Origin: Octopus sinensis | Taxonomy: Eukaryota | Reading direction: 5' to 3' | Assembly: GCF_006345805.1 (NCBI RefSeq) | Contig: NC_043009.1 | Span: 63,116,001 to 63,180,000 of the forward strand | DNA length: 64,000 bases | In this document: positions 25,623 to 38,397 of the stretch, piece by piece | Layout of the letters: each line of letters starts with the position of its first letter | Numbering within the stretch: the first letter of the stretch is position 1 | Notes under the pieces: generated by a model | The model's database searches: none | What the model saw: the letters and a program-made list of their open reading frames with translations, nothing else | Told to the model about the DNA's origin: nothing | Position numbers and translations under genes: made by a program

Positions 25623-28600
25623 GTGGTGGTGGTGGTTGTGGTGGTGATGATAATGATGATGATGATGGTGGTGGTGGTGGTGGTGGTGGTGATGATGATG
25701 ATGATGATGAGGATAATGATGGTGATAAAGGTGATGGTGATGATGATAGTAATGTCAATGACAGACATTCTGCTCCCTCCTCCCCTCCCAGAGAAAAAAA
25801 AAAGGAAACCTCTTAAAAAACACCCCCCCTCCCCCCGAATCACTTAACGAACCCTTTAGCCAGGGAGTGATTTTTGTTTTAGTTTTAACTTCACTCAAAA
25901 TAAGGGGCCCTCCATTACCTTTGGCTGAAATTGGAGCTTTGAAGTATAAATAGTTGTGTTGTGACAAATGTCTGAATGTTAATTTCTTCCGAGGTCAAAG
26001 GTTACAGGGAGAATTTAGTTCCCACGAATACAATGATAAAACTGTGCCCCCAGGAGCATCAAGTGGTGGGATGTTAAGATGTTAACGGGTCTTTCCTTTT
26101 AGATTTCACTTAGCTCTTAGAGAAAAAAAAGACTTTAGTTTACATCTTCCAAAACATTGAATTGATGGAGAGATAGAATGTAAGCCATTGTATGTTCTGC
26201 ACGGATTCTAAGAAACGGTTGTTCTCCGTTGAGCAGTAAATTGGCTGATGCCGTTCACTCTAAGTAAATAATCGTTGCGAATTTTTGGCACATGACCAGT
26301 AGGTTCGGGGGATGGAGGTGGGGGAGGAGTAAGTCAATTACATTGACCCCTGTACATGACTGGTACTTATTTTATGGACCCTGAAAGTATGAAAAATCCA
26401 AAGTTGACTTCAACAGAATTTGAACTCAGGACGAAAACGAAATACCATGAAGCATTTTGTGTGGCACGCCACACTAAATGCCATGGAGCATTTTGCATGG
26501 CACGCCATGCTAACAATTCCGCTTATCCACCACCTTGAAAACAACAACAACAACAATAACAACAACAATAATAATTTTTTTTTCTACTGTAGACACAAGG
26601 CCTGTAATTTTGTGGGAAGGGGGCTTGTTGATAACATTGATCCCAGTATTCTACTAGTACTGATTATATCGACTCCAAAAGGGTGAAAAGCAAAGCCAAC
26701 ATCAGCGGGATTTGAACTCAGAACACGTAAAAATGGATGAAATGTCACTAAGCAAACCGCTCCCCCACATCTGCTAATGATTGTGGTCCGGATGATAAGT
26801 TGATGTCACAATTCCAAGAGTTCAAAACTCTGCTCCAACTCTTCTGACAATCTATACTTGCTTCAGTCTGGTCAGGTGTAAAATGCATTTGGCTGTGTGG
26901 TAAGAAGCTTGCTTTACAACCACGGGGTTCAGGTTCAGTCCTACTCCACAGCACCATATATTTACCTGTCCCACTCTCTCAATTTGGATATATATATATA
27001 TATATATATATTTGAGACATATGTGTACATCTGTATGCATATATATATATATATCTGTATTCAAGACATCATAAAAAAATTAATGGAGGTATACAACCTC
27101 AAAACCTGTTTATTACAGTATTCTTCAGGATAGATTCACATTAAATTTAACATGAAAGTATTGTGATTTTGTATTGCAATAAAAAATGTTTTGAGGATGT
27201 GTAATCCTCCATTCCTTTTTATGATGTCTCGAATATTTACTCTGAATGCTGTATGGAATCCAAAGAGGTGAACTCAGGATTTACCTGTCGAGAGAAGTAC
27301 TGTGTAATTGCTTACCTTAGACAATTCCATATGTTTCCTACCGTTTGATATGGTTAGTAAGGTACCTGTTCAAATCCCCTTTTCTTGTATGTTGTACATA
27401 TATCTGTGTGTGTATGTGTATATATATATATGTATTTCATCTGCCGTTACGTTCTGAGTTCAAATTCCGGTGAGGTTGAGTTTGCCTTTCATACTTTCGG
27501 GGTCGATTAAATAAGTACCAGTTATGCACTGGGGTTGATATAATTGAATTATTCTGTTTGTCTGTCCTTGTTTGTCCTCTCTGTGTTTAGCCCCTTGTGG
27601 GTAGTAAAGAAATAGAAATATAGATATATGCATATGCATGCATGTATGTATGTGTTTATTCTTTGACATTCTTTATATATGGGGTGGGGGGTGGGAATGG
27701 GTAATGAAAAGTTCCTGGCTTTAAGGGTATCGCAAAAGGCCTGGTTGGTGACCCAACCTTCTGAGTTGAAAAACTGAAGGACCACTGCAATGAGTGTGTG
27801 AGTCTGAGGCAGGAATACGTTGAACAAAATCATAAATAACTGATCCCCTTGTATTTTCTTTTACCCAAAACCAGGAACTTTTCAGCACCCTCTGTTATGC
27901 ACACGCATGTATATATATATATATATATAGGTGAAGGTGTGGCTGTGGGGTAAGAAACCCGATTCCCAACCACATGGTTCTGGGTTCAGTCCCACTGCGT
28001 GGCACCTTGGGCATGTGTCTTCGACTGTAGCCTCAACCCTACCAAAGCCTTGTGCATGGATTTAGCAGATAGAAACTGAAAAGAAGCCCATTCTATATTT
28101 ATATTTATATATATATATATATTTATATATATTCTTTTATTCTTTTGTGGTCATGCTGGAGCACTGCCTTTAGTCAAGCAGATTGACCCCAGCACTTATT
28201 CTTTGTAAGCCGAGTACTTATTCTATTGGTCTCTTTTGCCGAACTGCTAAGTTACAGGGATGTAAATACAACAGAATGGGTCGTCAAGCGATGGTGAGGG
28301 GACAAACATGATACACAAACACACATATACACACAAACATCCTTATATATAATCGACTTTCCCCCTCCCTCAAAATTTCGGGCCTTGTGCCTGGAGTAGA
28401 AAAGAATGTATGTATGTATGTGTATATGGAGTATGCGTGCAATATATGTATGTAATATGTATATGTATGTATGTATGTATGTGTGAGTGTTGCATGTATG
28501 TATGTATGTATGTATGTATGTATGTATGTATGTATGTATGTATGTATGTATGTATGTATGTATGTATGTATGTGTGTGTGTGTGAGTGTTGCATGTATGT

Positions 28601-28848
28601 GTGCTTGTGGGTGTGTGAATGTGTGTCAGTGTGTGGATCTGGGGAAGAGAGAACAATACAACTTTTATGGGGTACAGGTTGTGTGTGTGTGTGCATGCAT
28701 GTGCATGTGTGTGTGTGTGTGTGTATGTGTGTCTATGTATGTGTGTGTATTAAAGATAGATTGTTGATGTCTGATACAAGGAATCTTGGCAGGATGTGTA
28801 TGATAACTATTTCACCCAAACTAACAAATTCCCTTACTCATACAACAC

Positions 28849-28920
<72 letters not shown>

Positions 28921-29236
28921 TAATTTCTCTAACATGTTTATTTTGTTTGATATTATTTTGAGAGTCTGTTTATATCTGAGTTTGTGTCTTCATTCTGTCA
29001 TCACTTGTGGTCATCGCTTGTGGTGAAATGTTAGAATGAGCACCCACCACACCCCACCCCACCCCACCCCACCCCGGGCACTACAGACCCTTCATGTACT
29101 GCTCCCTCTCTCTCCCGTCCACCCCACTTTCTTTCTGAAGATTAACTTTAAATATGGCCTTACAATAACAACACTGATGAAGTGAGCTCCTCCTTCTCAG
29201 TATCTCTTTCTCTCTATTTCTGTCTGTCTCTCTGTA

Positions 29237-29271
<35 letters not shown>

Positions 29272-30886
29272 GTTTATCTATCTTTGCACTGTTGCTTCAT
29301 ATGTAACATGTCCAACAAGCTTCCTTGACAGATATTTACTAGAACAAGTAGATAAAGTTACAGAAGAACATAACCACAAGCAATATATATCCGTGGTTAA
29401 CCAAGTTCAAGGTGGAAAAACTTAAGAACAGATTGAAATTCTTATTAGTCACAAAGGTGAACAGTCAAAACTGTGCATTGGAATTGTTATTGGCTTACAC
29501 GAGGTGGGGAGATAAAATTGTAGTTATGTGGTTATATTGAGATTTTAAACCTTAGGTTGAGAGGTTTAAATCTGATTTGAGGCTTTGAAGAACATAGGAT
29601 CAAAATTGTAAAGTAGAAGCAGAGGAGACAATGTTGAACTACCATGGAGTCAGTGGTTTCAGCTTTTTGAGCTGAGATTCATAAAAAAATATGAGTCATC
29701 ATTCAGCAACTAATTTATATTAAAGGTACTGATATGAAACCAGTGGCAGAGAATAATAATAAATATATCCCTCTTAGGCATAATGTTGTTGTTCATTCCT
29801 TCTCGAGCGATGCCTGGCTTATAAGGGCTGGTTTCCTGGCTTCCTTGGCATATAGGTTCCTCACCTGGACAGGTGAGCTGCAAGATTCAGGAGGAAAGAG
29901 TGAGAGAAAGTTGTGGCAAAAGAGTCAGCAGAAGTTCGCCATTACTTCTGCCAGAGTTGCTTGGAGCTTAGGTATTTCGCTCATAAATGCACACATCGCC
30001 CGGTCTGAGATTCGAACCCACGATCCCTCAACCACAAGACCACTGCTCTAACCACTAGGCCATGTGCCTCTACTCTTAGACATGATAAATATAAATAAAA
30101 AATGGTTATTGTGGGATACAAACAGGATGAAGGAATATTTAACTGCTATTTTATTAGTAACTTAAAGGGTGAAATACCAAGGCAATCACTGCAGATTTGA
30201 GCTCAAAAGCATGTGTTTAACTTTGAGCTGAGAAGCATGTCTTACTTTGAGCTCAGAAGCACTTGTTTAACTTTGTGCTCAGAAGCATGTGTCTAACTTT
30301 TTGCTCAGAAGCATGTGTTTAATTTTGAGCTCTGAAGCATGAGTCTAACTAGAACCCTCATGTCTGTTCTCTTCTGTTTCCACGAACAGAGAGACCACTG
30401 ATACACAGGGATTTTCTTACAGAAATTTTTTCATAAATTTTTATTGTTCTTAGTTCACTCTATGCAAACACTATTTGTTCTTGTTTAGCATCTCTGCTCT
30501 CAGTTGCAAAGGTTTTTTTTCATCTTCTGAGTTTCTTTGAATTAGTTCTGTAGCAAAATTCTTTGCTTTGAAGAGACTAACCTATTACCGTATCCTCCAG
30601 CATACAAGATGATGTAGTATATAGAGTAAGCATTGTAGAATTAGACAGTCAAATATCACCACTATCTTTCCAAATCCTTTTGCATTTCATGGGGAACTTC
30701 TGGTCCTCCAAAGCCAGCTGGGTGTATAAGTCAACCAACCTTCTGTTTTGGCAGTAAATGTTGGTCTGAAAAATTGAATTTGCATGCTGGAAAATACATT
30801 ATCTAACTCTTCTCTTTTACCCAGGTTTGGGGCTAACTGGTCCCTTATCCTTGTTTGAATGACAATATCCAGGCAAATATCAGCTG

Positions 30887-30976
<90 letters not shown>

Positions 30977-32895
30977 GGAGAGTAACTGATTCATACTTTA
31001 ATTTATCAATTCATTAGGTTATCATTTGGCAGAATTTTTTTATTATTGAACACAAACTCTGCAGTATTTGTTTGCTTTGCGTTCAAATCCTGCCAAGATT
31101 AATTTTATTTTTTATCCAATAAGGGCCTTTGAAATGAAAATAAAAATGAAAAGAAAATCATTATGAAGGAAGCTAGTACTGGTTTTCTTACTAAGTACTA
31201 AGACTCGAGTTTACAAAACTGAAAAAGACATGATTTCATGAGATTTAGCTGTTCCTAACGATATCAATCCCTCTCTCTCTTTCGGAGAGGCACAAGCACC
31301 TACACACACATGTACACACACGGCAGTAACTTCCGTGCCTGCCGAATTCAATCACAAAGCTTCGGTCTGCTCGGGGCTATAGCAGAAGACACCTGCCCAA
31401 AGTGCCACGCAGTGGGACTGAACCCGAAACCATGTAGCTAGGAAGCAAGCTCCCTAACCACACAGCCATGCCATGGAAATAAAGTGAAATAGATATAATC
31501 TAGAACTGGCAGAAGAAAGGCCAAAGAGTTTCTTGTAATTGATAAGTGCCAATGTCTGAAACTCTCAGCTCTTGAGTCACTCCGTAAATTCTGCTGATTA
31601 TTAATAAAAACAGAAAAAAAACGTATAATTACTCATATTTTGAGTTCTGTTTTCCTGTTTGCACCACCAAACCTAGAATCTAGAATCTAAATCTTAACAT
31701 AGACGGAATTGGTAAAGAGCTTATGTCACTTCCTAGAAAAAATCAAAATTGGTCATCACTATTGTTTTTATAGAAACATGTGACCTCTAGGTCATTGACC
31801 TTGACCTGTGCCTTGAATTTGGCACATGATTCAGTGTCAAGAAACAGTTGTAAGACGTGTCTGGCTGAAGTTCAATATTTGTCTGATGTTAGTCTACAAT
31901 GCCTTTGTATGTGTTTTAGTCATTGGGATGTGGCCATGCTGGGGCACCATCTTGAAGTTAAAATAAAAAAAATTAACCCCATACTTATTTTAACTCAGTC
32001 TCTTTTGCTGAACTGTTAAGTTATGAGGATATAAACAAACCAACAGTGGGTGTCAAGCAGTGCTGGGGGCCAAGCATAGCACAAACACACACACACACAC
32101 ACACATCATATAGGACAGGCTTCCTCACAATTTCTGTCTACCACTTTCTAATTGCAATGTATTAGTTGGTCTGGGAACCACCACCACCACCACCACCACC
32201 ACCACCACCACCACCACCATCACCATCATCCCTTTCTTTTTTACAATTGATTTTCCATTCTAGCATTGGTAAAACAGGGGCTTTTTAAGGCCCTTCCACA
32301 GAAAAATCCTTTTAGTTGCTCTGTACAACATGCAGGAATATGGTAGACCTATTCTAAAAAACCAGGGTACACACTCTGATATATATTTGGGGGCTATTGA
32401 CACTGCTGCAGGACATAAAACACCTTACATAGGGAGCTACAAAATTTGGTCAAGTCATTCACAAGACAAACTGGAATTATTATTTTCCGTTTTTTTCAAA
32501 ACTTTTTAACCCTTTTAAAATGTGTTTTTGTAACATTTTTCAGCTTCTTACTTTATTATTTGCTTTTTTACATTTTTTTTTATAGAGATTTTTAGAGCAT
32601 GGCATCATGGGAATGGGTGCAGGTTACCAAGACAAGTGTGAGGGCAGCTGTATGTCTCAGCTGTCCATTCAGGTGATGATTCTGATGCTGACCAAACCAT
32701 TTCCGAAATTCCTGAAGGATGTCATCATACCGTAAGTAGATCTTACTAAAAACCTAAAAAACCGCAGTCTAAGTGTAGCTAGGAATGTGTTGTTGTTGTT
32801 GTTATGTGATAAATAATGTCTGTTGAGTTTATTACAACATTGGCTCATCACCATCACCATCATCATCACCATCGTCATCATCATCATCATCATCC

Positions 32896-32932
<37 letters not shown>

Positions 32933-33184
32933 CGTCACCATCGTCATCGTCATCGTCATCATCATCATCATCGTCATCGTCATCATCATCATCATCATCA
33001 TCGTCATCACCATCACCATCATCATCATCATCATCATCATCGTCATCATCATCATCATCATCATCATCACCATCGTCGTCGTCATCGTCATCGTCATTGT
33101 CACCATCACTATCATCATCATCATCATCATCATCGTCATCGTCATCATTATCATCATCATCATCATCATCATCGTCACCATCAC

Positions 33185-33218
<34 letters not shown>

Positions 33219-33949
33219 GTCACCATCGTCGTCGTCGTCGTCGTCATCATCATCATCATCATCATTTAGTACCTATTTCCTATGCTGGTTTGGCTTGGAC
33301 TGTTTGACAGGATCCAGCAAGCTACAAGATTGTGCTAAGCCCCGTTGTCGTCCTCTTCAGCATGGTTTCTAAGGCTGGCTACCCCTTCCCTATGCCAGTT
33401 ATTTTACAGTGTGTACAGGGTACCTTTTTTTTTTTATGCCACTGGCATGAAATAAGTACCAAATAGGTACCAAATTTTATTGTAAAACATCTGAAATATG
33501 TTTTCTTTCTTTTTTTTTTTTTCAGGCAAGTAAAAAAGATATGGCGCCGAATACATGCAAAGGGCAATTTTGATTCAAAAGTCAACAATATTGATGATGG
33601 CGAAGGGGAAAGCAAAAAAGCTGGTTTGGAGACATGGATTCAAGATGAAGAAGGGAAACCTGTTCTTGGAGATTTTACATTGGAGGAATTTACTGAGAAA
33701 ACGATTCAGTATGGATATTTAATGGTGAGTAATGGTCACTGTTGTGGTTGTGTTATTTCAGTACAATAGGTGCAGGAGTGGCTGTGTGGTGAGTAGCTTG
33801 CTTACGAACCACATGGCTCCGGGTTCAGTCCCACTGTGTGGCATCTTGGGCAAGTGTCTTCTACTATAGCCTCGGGCCAACGAAAGCCTTGTGAGTGGAT
33901 TTGGTAGACGGAAACTGAAAGGAGCTCATCGTATATATGTATATATATA

Positions 33950-33990
<41 letters not shown>

Positions 33991-36192
33991 ATACGTTTGT
34001 GTGTCTGTGTTTGTCCCTCCAACATCGCTTGACAACCGATGCTGGTGTGTTTACGTCCCCGTAACTTAGTAGTTCAGCAAAAGAGACCGATAGAATAAGT
34101 ACTAGGCTTACAAAGAATAAGTCCTGCAGTTGATTTGCTCGACTAAAGGCGGTGCTCCAGCATGGCCACAGTCAAATGACTGAAACAAGTAAAGAAAGTG
34201 TGCAAATAAAATAATCAGCTTGCAAGACAAAATATGTTGGTGTTGGGGTCTGTCATGGGGAGTAAAAAATCCAAGGTTTTGGACAGGGTCCTTTTTCAGG
34301 GGAACAGTATACTCTTTTTATTCCAGGTTCAGTGCCACTACATGACCCCTTGGGCAAGTCTCTCTTCTATTATAGCCTCAGGCTGACCAAAGCCTTGAAA
34401 CTCAATTTGGTAGATGAAAACTGAAAGAAGACAAAACGTATACATATTTATTATATCATACCTTGATACTGTGTGGACTAAGATCACCGTTGACAGGCTG
34501 CTAGTATTTATAAAGTGTTAAACACTTTTGGTATGCAAATAAGGGACTCCTTCATAGAGTAACTGCTGCATTTGTTGAGTATATAAGCCGTTTGGCTGAT
34601 TGTCTCTCTGGAGACTGTCAGAATGATGTAGACACCTTTGATGAAAACCCAAGAAGGTTCAAAAACCAATTAAGGCTGTTCATCATTGTTTTCATTCTGA
34701 CGAGAAATTGCTAAAATTTATATATTTTAAAGAATTTACTTCACACACACATACATATACACAGATAGATAGAGAGATAGATAGCATTTTAAGGAATATG
34801 TATGTGTAGGTATTTACATAGAATCTTTAATATTTCTAACTTTCTTTCTTTTCCCATCCTTTTAAATACATGACTTTCACACACACACACACACACAGTT
34901 TCCTACAATAAGCAGTTTAAACTCTCTCATGTACCCTCTTTCCCTCTCTCTCTCTCATGTCCCCCCTCTCTCATATTCCCTCTCTCTTTCTCATGTTCCT
35001 TCTCTCTCTCACGTTCCCTCTCTCTCTCTCTCTTGCTCTCTTCCCCTCCCACGATAACACTTGCAAAAGCCGATCCCTTATCTCTCTGATATCTACAAGT
35101 TATCACTAAATTACCAAAAAGTTACATTAGGGATACCATATCAGCATTTGTCTTTAAGGGTCAAATCCTTTGATACCAACTCTGCTGTAAGAATGTCCTG
35201 ACCACCTTCCACCCAGTGAGACTCCAGTTGGCTTAGTAGCAGCCTATTCGTAAAATGTTCAGTTTACCATTCTTTTGGAATGGTTCCCTTCTGCACATAT
35301 GGGATTCTCATAAATGTTTTGAGCGGCTTCGGTTGCTTTGGAACCGTGATAGAAAGAAAAAAATGTATTTTCTTCTCTGTTTGGTGTTCTGATGTCATTT
35401 GTGTGGAAAGAGGTAGAAATTTATTGAAATTTTCAAAAATGATTAAAGAAAGTTGCTGAGGAAGAATAAAACTACAAAAACAAAAGGAAAATTAAAAAAA
35501 AAACCTACAATAAAAAATGGTTTGTTGGAAATATTTTATGTTTTTATTCAAATAAGATTTGAAATAAATAAATAAATGAATTAATCTGCCACACACCAAT
35601 ACCACCAGCACCATGACTACCACAAATAACACCACCACCACCACCACCACCACCTGCAGCTGCAGCTGCACCACCACCACTACTAACAACAACAACAACA
35701 GCACCACAATTCCCTCCACCATCACCACTGCTGGAACTACAAACATACTACTTTAACCAATACATCCACACAACCACCACCACCACCAACACCAACACCA
35801 CCGACACCACCACTACTACCAACAACATCAACTACATCACAAACAACAAGGCGACTACCACCACACCCACCCCACCCCACCACACCACACTTGATCCAGA
35901 TCTGGTAGTAGTGCCTTTCTCTAAACAGACAGAAGCAAAGGAAAGAAAAACACAGCTTGAGTAGCCCCACCCGATCCACCCTCAGTCATAACCAGTTCTG
36001 AAGGTAGCAAAGAGAACCTTCTCCTCTCCACCCCACCCTGCCCATCCATTCAGTCTAATTCCACTCCCCACCTGCCCCCCCCACACACACACATGTGGAC
36101 TGCATTGTCCCAGAAATTGATTTTATTGGTAAGTTTCTTCAATGAAAAAAAAGCACTTAAAAATTATGTGTTTAAATCTATGTTTGTGTGTG

Positions 36193-36226
<34 letters not shown>

Positions 36227-36292
36227 TGTATGTATGTATATATATATTACACACACACACAGATATATATATATAAGATAAAGATATATATA

Positions 36293-36374
<82 letters not shown>

Positions 36375-37034
36375 TATTCAAATATGAATTAGACGTATTT
36401 GAATTATATTTGTATATATATATATACTCTTTTACTGGTTTCAGTCATTGACTGCGGCCATGCTGGAGCACCGCCTTTAGTCGAGCAAATCGACCCCAGC
36501 ACTTATTCTTTGTAAGCCCAGTACTTATTCTATCGGTCTCTTTTGCTGAACCGCTAAGTGACGGGGAAGTAAACACACCAGCATCGGTTGTCAAGCAATG
36601 CTAGGGGGACAGACACAGACACACACAAACACACACACACATATATATATATATATACATATATACGACAGGCTTCTTTCAGTTTCCGTCTACCAAATCC
36701 ACTCACAAGGCATTGGTCGGCCCGGGGCTATAGCAGAAGACACTTGCCCAAGATGCCACGCAGTGGGACTGAATCCGGAACCATGTGGTTGGTTAGCAAG
36801 CTACTTACCACACAGCCACTCATACATATATATATGTATGTATGTATATATGTATATTTATATATAAGTGTATATTATATACCTGTGAGTATTTAAGTAC
36901 AAATATTTTAGGATGGATGTGTGTATGTCTCTATGTAATATATATGTATATATTTACACAATACACATGCACAAACACACACACACACACATATGTATAT
37001 GTATTTATATACAAGCGTATACATACATACATAC

Positions 37035-37065
<31 letters not shown>

Positions 37066-38293
37066 GTGTATGTGTGTGTGTGTACACATATTTTAGGTAT
37101 TCATATATTTGTTTTATATATACTAAATATCTACGCACATGCGTGAACACACAACTACAAGCTTTAGACAAGTCATAAACACACAAAGGTGACAACGCAC
37201 AGTGTAAACGCAAGGTAAATATTTATGTATATATCAGTGCAATCATGACTGTGTGCTCAACGAGTCCCCGTGGTAACCACAAAGTTCCCGGTTGGATACC
37301 ATGCCACAGTTCTTTGGGAACATACCTTTTGTCATTTGCCATTAAGTTATGTGAACCAATATCTTGTGAGCAAAAACTAGTTGAGTCAGGCCTCACTGGT
37401 GCTGGTGCCATGTAAAAAAGCATCCAGTCCATTGTCGAAAGTGGTTGGCACTAAGAAGGGCATCCTGCTGTAAAAACCATGCCAAAACAGACACCAGAAC
37501 TTGGCGCAGCCCCTCTTTTACTCTTTTACTCTTTTATTTATTTCAGTCATTTGACTGTGGCCATGCTGGAGCACCGCCTTTAGCCGAGCAAATCGACCCC
37601 AGGACTTATTCTTTATAAGCCCGGTACTTATTCTATCGGTCTCTTTTGCTGAACCACTAAGTTACGGGGGCGTAAACACACCAGCATCGGTTGTCAAGCA
37701 ATGCTAGGGGGACAAACACAGACATACAAACATATACACACACATACATATATACATATATGCAATGAGCTTCTTTCAGTTTCCGTCTACCAAATTCATG
37801 CACAAGGCTTTGGTCAGCCTGAGGTTATAATAGAAGACACTTGCCCAAGGTGCCACACAATGGGACTGAACCTGTAACCATGTGGTTGATAAGCAAGCTA
37901 CTTACCACACAGCCACTCCTGCACCTGTATTATATATTATTCTATATTTGCTATATATATCTCAAAATATATTTCTAGCTGTTTGCGGCATCGTTTCCTT
38001 TGGCACCGTTAATTGCTCTCATAACTAACTTCATCGACGTGAGAGTTGATGCCAACCGATTATTATGGACTTATAGAAGACCTTTAGCATTCATCTCTCA
38101 GGATATTGGTAAGTAGTTCCAAAGTTTTATCATTTCCCATTCATATCCGGTTGTTAGAATTGTTAAAGACATTTTAGAAATTTTATGCCACCCCACCAAA
38201 CTTACCAACTCAGCCGTTTTGTTCTTCCATACCTGTCCTTTCTATTACATTCAACCTCTACCTTGAAGGTGTGCTATCATCTCCTTCTTTCCT

Positions 38294-38325
<32 letters not shown>

Positions 38326-38329
38326 TTTT

Positions 38330-38397
<68 letters not shown>

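Noticed and set aside
24370-25847. Long ORFs of poly-Y/I/L/M/S in the ORF track (also 32669-33307, 42836-43574, 28252-28961, 7066-7492, 57126-57449)
   Set aside because: They are translations of microsatellites that lack stop codons in some frames; no coding signal.
30196-30349. CRISPR-like appearance of the 26-bp and 67-bp repeats
   Set aside because: The units are directly adjacent with no unique spacers, the context is eukaryotic, and there are no cas genes.
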